From assembly GCA_002633005.1 (NCBI GenBank), contig NMRA01000493.1, positions 1 to 50,106 of the forward strand: a DNA stretch of 50,106 bases, given 5' to 3'. Below the pieces are notes generated by a model, which saw nothing but the letters and a program-made list of their open reading frames with translations, did not search any database and was not told the origin of the DNA. The stretch is from Phoronis australis (lineage: Eukaryota; Animalia; Phoronida). Positions 38,642 to 50,106 of this stretch are shown one piece after another. Position 1 is the stretch's first letter. The number at the start of each line of letters is the position of its first letter. Made by a program: the position numbers and the translations under genes.

Positions 38642-38847
38642 CTGAAACACATGGACAAAAGCAGCTGATAAACGTACTGTGGCTTTTGCTTAGGCATGAA
38701 AGGTATTCCCTAGAGCAGCAGTAAACCTGCATTCTGTTCAAGAAGCAAACTTAGTAATTTAGACTATAGCTACAAAATTGGTATCAAGTTCCTTATTCAG
38801 CTGAGAAGTGCTTTCTGGGTTAAGCTGCAAAGAACTGAAAGTTCGTG

Positions 38848-39248
38848 GAACAATGCTCCGTGCATTGAACAATGCTCCGTGCATTGAACAATGCTCCGTG
38901 CATTGAACAATGCTCCGTGCATTGAACAATGCTCCGTGCATTGAACAATGCTCCGTGCATTGAACAATGCTCCGTGCATTGAACAATGCTCCATGCATTG
39001 AACAATGCTCCGTGCATTGAACAATGCTCCGTGCATTGAACAATGCTCCGTGCATTGAACAATGCTCCGTGCATTGAACAATGCTCCGTGCATTGAACAA
39101 TGCTCCGTGCATTGAACAATGCTCCATGCATTGAACAATGCTCCGTGCATTGAACAATGCTCCGTGCATTGAACAATGCTCCGTGCATTGAACAATGCTC
39201 CATGCATTGAACAATGCTCCATGCATTGAACAATGCTCCATGCATTGA
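38848..39248 (+). repeat. 19-bp minisatellite, ~21 copies, in APRT intron 3
   Basis: GAACAATGCTCCRTGCATT unit. Confidence 0.97.
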
Positions 39249-39947
39249 CATGTCATGACAAGCTTGTACCACTTGAATTTAAGCAATAACCAAACGTCAG
39301 TTCTTTTGAATCCCTGATATCAGGTGTGACAAAATGTAGTAATTCCTTTCCTGTTTTCTAAACGCCATGATCTAAGTTCTCAAAATTCATTCCGAAATTT
39401 GGTGCACAAAATCATGGCAAGAGATCCCACAATGCTAAACCATGTTAGCGTGTTTTTGATTTGGTTAGTCATTCACAGATTAACTTCAATTGAAAGGGAA
39501 AGACCGATAAGAAATTAATTTCTATGCTCAGCCTGGTACTTATGTTGTCTTACCAATCGAACAATTCCCTCTCAACTATTTCCATCATTTAACATATTTT
39601 TTTGCTAGAAATTTGCAGATGTCGCTTCAAAATCACAAATAACTTAATAGTTAGTTTTTACTTTCAACTGACATTTTAAAGAGAAAGAAACAGTCTGGAT
39701 AAGAACACAAATTGGGGCATGTAGTCTTCCAAACTGATAGAAACACGTCTGCTCTCTAGTGCCCAGACAGAAAAGCATCTGCCACATTTCGTGAACATCC
39801 TTGAAGGTTTTTGGGAGACAGAAATGTGGTCACCGCTTGAGTGGATAGACCGACAGACACAGACATAATGGCAAAACAATAAAGACCAAGTCACCCACAT
39901 ATGAATATGTGGGTGTCATAACCCACAATTACTTATAATGAGCCTAC

Positions 39948-40026
39948 CGCCAGTAGCTAAAAGGTCATCCACAATTATTGTCTTCTGACCAGCTTGTATG
40001 GAATCTTTCTGTGCTTCCATGATATC
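39948..40026 (-). CDS. APRT: Adenine phosphoribosyltransferase exon 3
   Basis: DIMEAQKDSIQAGQKTIIVDDLLATG-G (PRPP-binding motif); 79 nt, phases 0/1. Confidence 0.95.
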
Positions 40027-41247
40027 CTGGGAAAGAATTAAAACACACAAAGTCAACACTGCAGTGGACCTAAGTGGGTCAGGGGAGGTTTAAACCCTCC
40101 TTCAGGTCACATGACCAAAACATAAAATGCGGCACTGTGAGGATGAGAATGAGTCAGTTGACAAATTCATAGATCTGCCACTGAAGCAAGAAATTCCTGT
40201 GAGAGACTAGTGATCACTGTAGATCATAAGACAGCCTCAGTTCTAAATATGGCAGTAAAACTGTACAACAAGAAGGGCAAGCTGTGACTGAAATACAGTA
40301 GAATGTCTAAATTCATTCGATGCTTTATCTGACTTGACTTGCAACTTTTGCAAGTGAAGCAGCTGATATCAGTCCAAGCAGACACCACCTCATTTTTGAA
40401 TTTTCCAGTTAGAATACATTAACCCAAGCTAACACAGTATTTTCTCTTGAAGAAAAATAGAGAATCCTACTCAAGTCTCAGGTTTATGACATGGGCAAAA
40501 AATCTTGGAAAATTCCTCAAAATCCCTCAGCCTATTTTCTCACATGAACTGTAAAAATCATCTTTTTGCCGAAAAACTCAGCGTGTTTAAAACTTTCAAC
40601 TACATGACACAACTTTTGTAAAAACACGCTTGCGCAATGTAAACTAACTTCAGTTACTTTTTATTAATAGTTTTATTTTAAATGTAACAATTGAAAATTG
40701 CATTTACCTTTTGTAACAAATGTTCAAGTTAGAATATAATAAATACTCTTTGAAGTTGTAATATTAAAACTTAACAACAAATGTTTATAAATAACAGAGT
40801 CAGCAGGGCTTCCCCTCGCACAAGCACTGAATTGACCTTGAGACAGCACAGCTAGCCAGTCTCACTGAGTAGTTTCTTGAGTTAGTTTTCGTATCTGTTT
40901 GAATGAACGTGGATACGGAATTCGCTACTGAAGATGGGTCCATTTAAGAATTTGTTTGCACATCCTTCCGACTGGGAGAACATACAGTTGCAACACCTGA
41001 TTTTTCAATCATAACTTTGTCACCTTCATGAAATTCTGGCATTGTTTGGTTGTTGGTATTAGTGTTTTGCAGACGATAAAATGTAAGGCGTATGTATTTC
41101 TACTTTGCACTACTTTGTGATTCGCCCATAAATATAAAAAAATACAAACAACTCAGTATTATTAACCAGTCGTGCCATGACACATTCCAGTTCAGGTGAG
41201 AACCTCCAATTCTAGATAATTTAGATGAATGTCTTTATCCAACTTAC

Positions 41248-41485
41248 CGTTCCATATTCTAAGGAGTATTCCACCCGTGCTAGATCTCCAGGAAGTTTTC
41301 CCTTTTTCCGCAGGGGCACAAATGATGCTCCTAGCTTGATGGCCATCATGGGGGCAAACAGGAAACCACGTGACTCTAGACCGACCACAACGTCAACTTT
41401 CCCATGTTTGGACTGCACATGTTCGACGAGTAATTTGATGAGATCCTCGAATACTTCAGGATTACGCAACACAGAAAATATATCT
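41248..41485 (-). CDS. APRT: Adenine phosphoribosyltransferase exon 2
   Basis: DIFSVLRNP...VGLESRGFLF...LRKKGKLPG...YSLEYGT; TTTCAG/GTAAGT borders. Confidence 0.96.
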
Positions 41486-41579
41486 CTGAAATGATGAGGT
41501 GACAATAAGTTGCATTTTCCGGTGAAGACAGGAAGTGCTTGCTCTATTCACCAAAACATGATTATGTTCAGGTCAATTC

Positions 41580-41920
41580 AAACTGTTATGAACTCATCAG
41601 AATCAGCTGGACAGAAAGAAAGACCAACAAATATGTTAGTAACTTGCTCAAAATTAAACCATCACTCCTAAATACAATCCAAACAAGAAAACTGAAATAC
41701 TTTGGTCACATTGAAAGGCATGACACCATCTGCAAGAACATACTGGAAGGAAAAACAAGAGGGGTGAGAGTAAGAGGTAGACAACGCAGAATGTGGCTGG
41801 ACGACATCAAGGACTGGACGAATCTATTACTGCAAGAATGTACCAGAAAGGCAAAGAGCAGAGCAGAATGGCGGGTCATTTCAAGTCGACCTCTAAGGAG
41901 ATGACACCACATGATGATGA
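41580..41920 (+). mobile_element. RTE-clade LINE 3' fragment
   Basis: ISWTERKTN...RKLKYFGHIER...ILEGK...RGRQRRMWLDDIKDW...R.EWR followed by a (TGA)n tail. Confidence 0.85.
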
Positions 41921-42149
41921 CGAACTCATCTTCTGTCAAAAACAGGGTCCCCACTCATCTGAGAGGAAAGGTAATGCCTTCTGATATTATAACCTCTTCG
42001 AATGAGGGGAAAATACCCCGGTCACCACCAATTGCATTATTCAAATATCTTTTCAAAATTTTGGAGAGAATACAAGATACATTCCAAGAAATTCTGAAAT
42101 CTCAGGCAACATTAACTGGTTGAAAGGTGAAAGGTCAACTTGGAAATGC

Positions 42150-42960
42150 GTCAGTCAATGTACAGGAAGCGACACATTTAACTGCAAGGGATCCAACATT
42201 GTCGAAATTGTTACATTTTGTAAAATTTGGGTGGCCGGACAACGTATCTGATGACAACTTCGGTCCATACAGCTATCGTTGCAATGAACAGAGTATTGAG
42301 GATAATTTGTAGTTGTGGGGATGTCGTGTGGTGATATCCTCATCGCTCCGCTCTCGTGTTTTGAATGAGCTGCATGAAGCTCATTTGGACATTTCACGAA
42401 TGAAACCCCAGACAAGATCTTGTTTGGTGGCCCAATCTTGACAAGGAAATAGAAAGTGTTGTGCGCAGTTGTTCCGAGTGTCTCCAGTGTTGTCACTGAA
42501 ATCGCCACCAGAGGCTCATTTACACTCGTGGGCAGAACCAGACGAACCCTGGGAACAGATACATATCAATTACGCTGACCCCATAGAGGGGAAAATCTTA
42601 TTAGTGGTGATTGATGCAAAATCAAAGTGGATTGATGTACACGTCAACCACTCTCAATGGTTGCGGCAGTCATTTGCTGATCACGGCGTACCCAGTATGA
42701 TAGTGAGTGACACTGGAACATGCTTTACTAGTATGGAGTTTGAAGATTTTTTGAGGAGTAATATGGTGAAACAGATATTAGTCGCACTGTACCATCTCGC
42801 GTCCAATGATCTGTACGAGCGAGCTGTTCAGATTGTGAACTAAAGATGGGTTGAAGAAGACCAAAGGCAAAACTTTGAACACTAGACAAAATGTTGTTTT
42901 GGTACCGGTTGACCCTGCATAGTACTACTGGTGAACCACCTTGCAAGATATTGTATCCTT
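42150..42960 (+). mobile_element. Degenerate Ty3/Gypsy (K02A2.6-like) integrase relic
   Basis: TARDPTLSKL..GWP; ELHEAH zinc-binding region; PWEQIHINYA...LVVIDAKSKW...IVSDTGTCFTS...ERAVQ; frameshifts and stops. Confidence 0.85.
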
Positions 42961-43030
42961 GTAAAGTGCGTTTTGTCATGTGATGAATATCTTGCCGGTA
43001 GGCGGTTCAAACAACGCAATTTGATTTGGA

Positions 43031-44059
43031 TGTAATAATGAGTATATTGACTAAATGTTTGAATTTCCCTAAATGAATAATCATAAAGATTAACAAAGAA
43101 GGCTAATTAAATCAGTCTGTGACCACGTTTCCCGTTCCTGGCGTCGGCCTTGGATCCAGTGTTGCACTTGCTATGAGGAGTTTCCTCTTCTCTTGATCAT
43201 TCGATCCAGTCTTCCAAACACTCTTCACTTGATGAAATGCTTCGGAATAACCATGAAGTTCAGTCCATCGAACAACATATATGTTAACATTGAATTCAGT
43301 CCCTCGAATTCTAGATACAATGTACCCTCCTTGAAATTCAGTCCATCGAATTTCTGCTACACGTATCAGATTGAAATTCAGTCCATCGAATTTCTATAAC
43401 TTGTAATATTTCTCAGCAAACCAGTAGCATCTCTTCAGGAATATCTGCGATATCTCTCTAGCAAGCTGGTTGCCTCTCTTCAAGAAATATCTAATACCTC
43501 TGTACAAATCTGGTTGCCTCTCGTTGGAAATATGCCTTCTTGAGGAGCTAACGGTATACTTATACTCAAACAGAATAAAGGAGGGCGAGTTAGATCAAAA
43601 CATAAAACCCACAAACTTCCTCCAAATGTACTCATAGTTCCAAAACAACTTCCCAGAACAACATCATAAGATTCCACTTATGAACCTAAGCTTTCGCCAA
43701 ATATGGTCATGGACAGACAAACTTTTAAGTAATTTCCGCTGATTAATAACAAGACTATTGTTGTTTTCAGAACTGGCTAACCCCACAGTTGACCAATTCC
43801 GGTGAATTTAAAGTTACATAATTCTGCTAGCATAGCATAAACACATGGTTAGAGAAAAATATGCTGATTCATTTCCTATGCACTCATAGGAGGCAATAAA
43901 TTTCAGTGAACAACTAATACCTTTAATTAATTACGCAACAACCACTATATACTTAATTAATACTTATACTATATATTATTCTCATGTACATAGTTAACCC
44001 AAGTTGTAATGTGCTTTTATCATACTTTAATGATAAATAAATGACATGTTCATCCTACA
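43031..44059. mobile_element. Putative LTR (~1 kb)
   Basis: TGTA...TACA ends near the PPT of the Gypsy relic; internal AATTCAGTCCATCGAA-like repeats (~43257-43390). No TSD; orientation uncertain. Confidence 0.4.
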
Positions 44060-44520
44060 TAAAATCTACCCGTTCCCCCTTTAAGGATGAAACATGGCAA
44101 TTTATGTTCCAATTACACATCATAATATTAAACGACTGAGGAAATCTGCCCCAACATTGCTATCACCCTTAATGTATTCCACTCTGAAGCAAAATGGTTG
44201 CAAAGACATGGCCCACCTCATAATCCTCTGATTAATTAATTTGGCTCCCCCCTACGGAAATACTGCTTCAACATATTGATATGGAACACCTTTGTTTTCC
44301 ATTGATCTCAATGGCATAATTGCAAAAACCTTATCGTTCCTTGATTGGAAATGGACCTTTCCATTTCATTTGAAATTTGTTGCACTCTGTTGACAGTCTA
44401 AACAACACAGATCTAGGTTCTCCTGTCTGTATCTCACGGAAAATACTTCGAAATTATCTCCGAACAGACCCCAAACTCCTGCTACGGACCTTATTGGCCT
44501 GCCAAACTTTGTAGGCTACG
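44060..44520 (-). mobile_element. Deleted Gypsy relic: integrase C-terminus fused to RNase H end (Gmr1-like order) plus PPT
   Basis: Minus strand: FGRPIR...KFQMKWKGPFPI...NYAIEINGK/KVFHINMLKQY, then AKLINQRIMRWAMSLQPFCFRVEYIKGDSNVGADFLSRL-stop, then AAAGGGGGAACGGG. Confidence 0.7.
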
Positions 44521-44879
44521 GTGTGTCCAAATACCAATAAATCCTTAAGAGCGAAATAAAACAACACGTTTTTATAAGAACTCGGTGTATTTTTAAGGGT
44601 TTTACATCGAAGTTTGATGATTTATTGGCGTTAAACGTTGACTTCACGCGATAAGCTGACACCAGTAACCCGTGTTGTGAACTGCTGAACAGACTGCGTG
44701 TGAAACCGATGACATCATTGGATAATTTCAACACCTTCGTCTGCTGTCAGGTGTCAGGTAACGCAACCGTACGTGTCGTTATGGAGTAGAACTACTCGAT
44801 CTAAAATTGATACAAATTAGGTTGTTTTTCGGGTGGCATGCTCCTTTAAGAATGTGAGGAGATATTTCATTTAGCAGAG

Positions 44880-45692
44880 AAGTTTTATGACTCAAAAACA
44901 GTAAAAATGGCCACTAGGTGGCGCAAAGTACCTCAAGTCAGTCCGAAAACGAAAGGACGGCATCATCTCACTAGTAGATGCCTAACTGATAAATTTTATG
45001 ATAAAGATACAGAGGTAAGCGTAAAAAAATAAAATTGCCACTAGGGGGCACACCTGTAGTCAAAGAGATCCAAAACTCGTCGCCATCTATCATCAGCTTC
45101 ATAGGAGCACATCTGCCAAATCTCTTCAAGATTCTGTGAGGGGTTTAGGAGATATAGCCATGGGTGCAAAAACAAACAAAACTGCCACTAGGAGGTGCCA
45201 CAGTAGTTAAAGTCGTTGGCAAATCATCTTCAGCCGCCCTCTTCACAGGAAAAACATATATTCCAATTTTCAAAATCATTCCTAGACCGATTTGGTTGAT
45301 AGAAGTGCTGTTGCAAAAAAACAGACTCGAAAACAGTATAAATGGCCACTAGGTTGCGCAAAACATCTTGAATCCATCCGAAAACAGGATGATAGCGTAA
45401 TCTCGCTAACATATGCATAACTGTCAAATTTTTTGAAAATCCGTTGAGGACTTTCGAAGATACAGAGGTAAGCGTAAAAAACTAAAATTGCCACAAGGGG
45501 GCACACCTGCAGTTGGAGAGGTCCGAAATCACGGTCATCTGTGGTCAGCTTCATAGAAACATGTCTGCTAAATCTCATCAAGATCCTGTAAGGGGTTTAG
45601 GAGATACAGCTGCGGACGCTGGACACCGGAAAGAGATGAACGGCAATATGCGACCACATATAACAAGTATGTCATATGTGGGCGCATAAAAA
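44880..45692 (-). mobile_element. HINE-like element in APRT intron 1
   Basis: Reverse complement of the 3606-4480 family; ends GTGGGCGCATAAAAA. Confidence 0.6.
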
Positions 45693-45939
45693 GCGGCAAA
45701 AATATTTCTATAGCGGCCACAGGTTAGGGGGTCGTAGGTTGAGGTAGTCGTGGGTCAACAGGGTTGTGGCACCTGTGGGTCGAGGAGAGGGTAATGGGGA
45801 TCCTGGTTCGAGGAGGGGTGTGGGGGTCGAGGAGGTTTTTGTTTAGAATAATCTTGACCACGACCCGTCCGACTCCGTTCAGGATTCATAGTGTGACGCT
45901 TTTAGACTTAGTGCTCTTACCTATACTTTACATACTTAC

Positions 45940-46022
45940 CTAAAAATTACCCCTTTCTTAGGGAAGTCTGGGAATTCTGAAATTAACGTTTTAACCCGTT
46001 GCACTCTAGACTCAAAGTCCAT
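45940..46022 (-). CDS. APRT: Adenine phosphoribosyltransferase exon 1
   Basis: MDFESRVQRVKTLISEFPDFPKKGVIF-R; GTAAGT donor, phase 2. Confidence 0.93.
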
Positions 46023-46224
46023 TTTAGAGGTTGCGTTTGAAGTTGTTCTGTCTTCAAATCGTGATTGCGGCTTCGGGACCTTTCCAAAGCTTTAGCGGCA
46101 AAACTTTGTACTAAACTGCAAATAGTGACATCTGGTGTGTAACACTAAAAGGTTTCCAAAGTGGCGGTCAATTTGATTTTGTAAAAATATTCTCCTGTTG
46201 CTCACAGAGACGTGAAATTCGACA
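46023..46224. promoter_or_regulatory. Bidirectional promoter and 5' UTRs between APRT and TRIP13
   Basis: Divergent ATGs separated by 202 bp; CDE/CHR-like TGGCGG-N4-TTTGAT at 46162-46177. Confidence 0.7.
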
Positions 46225-46328
46225 ATGGATCATGTTACAGATATTGAACATGCTCTTCCTGACACAATGAGTTATGAAGATGAAACTGATCCGGTTGTCT
46301 TGGTTGAAGTTTGTCAAAAAAATAGCAG
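46225..46328 (+). CDS. TRIP13: Pachytene checkpoint protein 2 / TRIP13 exon 1
   Basis: MDHVTDIEHALP...PVVLVEVCQKNS-S resembles the TRIP13 N-terminus (VHVEVHQRGSS); GT donor at 46329, phase 2. Confidence 0.85.
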
Positions 46329-46394
46329 GTTTGTATTTTTTCATGTTCAATGACACAATCAAGTGCCATTGCCAATGCCGGGCATTGTTACATA

Positions 46395-47165
46395 CGTGAA
46401 CTTGGAATCCTGCTTAATCTCAAGATTAAGCGGATTGAGTGTTGCGTGAACTTGGAATTCGCGAGGTAACTCGACAAGTTCACTCAAATAATCATGTCCA
46501 TAAAACATTGCACTGCACTAAATCAAGTTACATGTCAGTTTTAATCAACCTTTTCAATTACGGGCGATCAGTTTCACCAAACATTAATGATTAATCGATT
46601 TATCCATTCACATATTCCTCCGGTTCAGCGACACAAGTTACGGTAAAGGTGAAAATGGTTGATCGCGAGGCCAATAATTTTTACAAAAATTCTTTTCACC
46701 GAACAAAAATTCCACCTTTTTGCCTCAAAGAATATTCAATTCCAAGTTCACGCATACGTGATCTTGAGATTAAAGGCGAAGGCAACCTTTTTCCATGTCG
46801 TTGATTATCTCAGACATATTTTTCACTTATTTACTGCTTTTCGTAATTTAATTATTTTTTTAAATAATTACTTGTCGTCTACTCCGGAAGTGACGTTTTG
46901 GGGCGCCAATTTCCAACTTATCACAACCGAGGTAGAACAATGACTGACTCGACAGCTCTCACAGTCAGACTATAATGAAAAGAAATTGGCGCGAAACTCT
47001 TGCCTCCCAAAACGTCACTTCCGGAGCAGAGGACGAGAAATTTATCAAATTACGAAAAGCTGTAATTAAGTGAAAAATGTGTCTGGGATAATCAACGAAC
47101 CTTATTTTTGCTAAAAAGTGACATGAAAAAAGGTTGCCTTCGCCTTTAAGCAGGATTCCAAGTTT
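46395..47165. mobile_element. Host TIR element into which the TTAA MITE inserted
   Basis: CGTGAACTTGGAATCCTGCTTAATCTCAAGAT at ~46396; its reverse complement is split at TTAA (46761-73 plus 47150-64). Confidence 0.7.
46774..47145. mobile_element. TTAA-specific foldback MITE (Kolobok-like) in TRIP13 intron 1
   Basis: TTAA|AGGCGAAGGCAACCTTTTT...AAAAAGGTTGCCTTCGCCT|TTAA with ~140-bp imperfect inverted arms; purine (RR) 5' end rather than piggyBac CC. Confidence 0.8.
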
Positions 47166-48567
47166 ATGCACAGCACCATTTCCAGGTGCTGTTGACTTGT
47201 TGTTTGCTATACCTTCACAACTTCAGGCTTCACCTCTTCTAGACATTGTCGTTTTGACTTGCTACAGTAGAGAAGGTGGCCATCCCATAGCACTCCAATT
47301 ACACCAGAATTACACATGTACATACTATAATCATAATCTTACTCTGAGACCGGGACGCTGTCTCGGCTTAAGGCTTAGCCTAGCTGTTGCAGTGTTGGTG
47401 TCTTCGTGGATGGCGAAAAAGTGGGGGCTATAGCCCCCCCTCCACCCCCCAGGCTATGGTGTGCCGCCCATGGTCTAAACTCACAAACAAACAATCCAGC
47501 AAGGAAACCTTTTTCTCGAGCAGTCCTTCAAACCGGCAACAGGTTGTGCCAGGCGAGGGATGTCATATCCCTTGTTCTTGGCACTTTGTAAAAATGGCAC
47601 CTTAACGAAGCACTGCTCAAAAAAGTTTGATTAAGGGAATACTAGTTAGTTTGAACAGCAAAGAGCTAATGATACCAATAGCTTCCTAAAGTGTCCCTCT
47701 ATGCACACAAGGTACTTAGCAAAATGACTTTGATGGTTTAATCAGTGTGAGACATAATTTGCTGAAAATCTTCCAGTGTATGGAGGGTCTTTGGGATGGC
47801 CTCCCGTCTCTACTGCAGCCAGTTGAGACAATGGTACTGTCTACACCTGTTCACAACTGCGCACCAGCCTGTCTTGGCCGCAGATCACAGCAGAAGGCCA
47901 TAGCCAGCCAGAAGACTAGTTAAAATCAAAATACAGCTAGGAACCACTGCAGGCTATTTTATCGCGGCATCATTAGGGATATGATGACAGCTTCGTCGAA
48001 GAAATTTTGTTCAGGAATTTAGTTTGTGGGTATTAAAATACATCTGGCTTTGTTACTTCCACTGTGGGACGATACCACAAACATATTTATTTGTGTTCAT
48101 AATAACTGGGAAAAGTAGCCCACCCAAGTCAGCGACAAAATACTAGAGACCAGAGGTCAGATTACCCGTCTGTTTTCAGTTCTTATCAGCTTATCATCTC
48201 CTCTTTAAAAGAGCCCGCTAGGTCAGAACAGTTAGAACATACCAGGTTTAATATTTGTCTGCAGTTGTCCTTCAGTGCCATCACATCAATCACGTTTATA
48301 GTAAAGGATATCCCTTTAAACAGTGTTAAATCACAATGCACAATAAATCTGGTTCCTCGGCTTCTGCGATTCTTCTGTCGGAACAACACGTTCTCATTTG
48401 TTCTTGTCACTTTAACAAATAATTTGAGGGTACATGACCTCATTTGTACTTATATTACAGATGAGCATCGTCTTTATATAAACATGTAAAAACAAAGGAA
48501 GTACTATGATTGATATCTTTGAGATCAAATTTGCTTCTTTAAATATGATTTTTCCATTAATTTCCAG

Positions 48568-48724
48568 TACTGTCCGTCGAGGTGGGGTCAGAGGTCATGT
48601 CACTAAGTTGCTACAACAAAACTACTGTGTGGATGGCGAGCTGAGAATCACAGACTTTGACGACAGTTTTTTGAAAGAACACGTCCACTCAGTAGTAGTC
48701 ACCTGTGATAGTGAGCAGAGTAAA
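48568..48724 (+). CDS. TRIP13: TRIP13/PCH2 exon 2
   Basis: STVRRGGVRGHVTKLL...TDFDDSFLKEHVHSVVV; TTCCAG/GTAGGT borders, phases 2/0. Confidence 0.88.
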
Positions 48725-49466
48725 GTAGGTGTGACACACTGCATATTGCAAATGGAATGTGTTGATGAAAAAGACCACTAGGTGGCATGTTGGCATTCTT
48801 GATTGATGATGCTGAATTTCGTATAACAAATAGCTAGACGATTATGTGTGAAAGCAGCAATATGTCAGACCTATCCATGATATGATAAAAGAGTCAGTTG
48901 CAAACTTATTTTATTCCACTGTGATGTTGAGAATTTCGGGCTTTGGACATGCAGCAAGCCACTTTAAATGTTAGTAGTGTTCATGCACTGTCACTGAATA
49001 AATGTAGATTGAAATTTTAGATAGATTTCAATCTAGTTGTTTTAAGGAACCAAAATTGTTTTGATGATTATTATTGTTCTTCCATTCAGAATGATTTTTA
49101 TCGACTTGAAATTATTTAAGTGGATGTTTATGTTCTAATTCTGACAAACACAGTATTGTTCATCTACTTCGTGGATGATTGTACCGTATTGCCGCGCTAT
49201 TAGTCCATGGGCGTCTGTGCTTAACAGTGCTTGTATGCGAAACTTAGGCGTACGGGCCATTATACGAACCACTTGGGATCAAATTGCCATGAAAGAGGCA
49301 TTATTTCTGATATTGGCCGTGGGCCTAAAGGTCAGTTAGTAGTTGATATGGTGCCATTATATGTTTTTGCAGGAATTGGAATATGGATTCCAATGTGCAC
49401 CAATGTTAGTTAGTGTATAGAAATGTTTTGAACGGTGACAGGGACTATCTTATTTCTTGATTTCAG

Positions 49467-49646
49467 CCTGTAGATCTGGCAAAAGCCAAGTTTGACATTC
49501 ATGTCTACCAACTTCATGAGGATGGTCCTGGTTCAGAGGAACTAGAGGAAGATGACCTGTCTGCCGCGCAGCATTGGTTGATGCCATGTACAGAGTTTGA
49601 GGGGATTTGGGAGAGTCTAGTGTTCGATGCTCATATTAAGCATGAG
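49467..49646 (+). CDS. TRIP13: TRIP13/PCH2 exon 3 (AAA+ domain lies beyond the window)
   Basis: PVDLAKAKFDIHVYQLHEDGPGSEELEEDDLSAAQHWLMPCTEFEGIWESLVFDAHIKHE matches the TRIP13 segment IFQLNEDGP...AANHWVLP..EF.GLWDSLVYD; TTTCAG/GTAAGT borders. Confidence 0.93.
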
Positions 49647-50106
49647 GTAAGTGTTAGTATATTCTTGCATTCACTAGTGAATGCGTTGTGCTGATTTTGA
49701 GGGCATTTTGAACACTCATATAGTATTTCCACTCACGTATGTTATGTTTGCGTGTGGGCGCTTTCAGAAACCAAGTCCCAAGGGCAGTTCTCTCAGTAGC
49801 ATTTTGCTTTTCCTGTACTTTGGAAAGTAATGGCAAGTTGTCAATATTTATTTCTCATCTTTTATTAGTACTGTAGAAATATTCCAAGTTGATTGCTGAA
49901 GGATTTACCAGACTTTTCTCTTGGTTGACAAACTGACATCTTACAACGCATCTTAAACTACCAAGTGCATGTTTGTCCATGTCTCTTTGATGTCAGAAAA
50001 TGTTGAAATTTAAATAATACATAATGAACTTTGAACTGCATTATAATCATTATATGAAATTTCCAAAATGCACTAAACTTGGACAAAGTTCCATGGAATG
50101 GTTGTT

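Noticed and set aside
38759-39286. Long Cys/His-rich ORFs in three frames
   Set aside because: Translation of a 19-bp minisatellite inside an APRT intron.

Overview
AT-rich eukaryotic (probably marine invertebrate) draft-assembly DNA with GT-AG introns, single-N joins and many transposon relics. Genes reconstructed by hand from splice sites and phases: (1) the 3' part of a multi-exon S1A serine protease (+, 1-9619) with an unusual Gly189/Asp226 pocket; (2) a 3-exon, ~591-aa C2H2 zinc-finger gene (+, 13151-20813) whose exon 2 lies in a 1.8-kb duplication that is probably an assembly artefact; (3) a doubly frameshifted carotenoid-oxygenase (BCO/RPE65 family) remnant (-), tail-to-tail with the ZNF gene; (4) an intronless, stand-alone CASD1-like SGNH O-acetyltransferase catalytic domain (+, 23757-24725); (5) a complete 4-exon APRT (-, 46022-38505); and (6) the first three exons of TRIP13/PCH2 (+), head-to-head with APRT with 202 bp between the ATGs. 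Introns and intergenic DNA hold a solo LTR, nested MITEs, Helentron-like HINEs, LINE ends, two Gypsy relics (one with Gmr1-like domain order), minisatellites, a near-perfect palindrome and a four-piece rearranged mosaic. Family assignments come from motif recognition only; no database search was run. No clearly new multi-gene system is demonstrable. The best leads are the stand-alone CASD1 domain and the G189/D226 protease.
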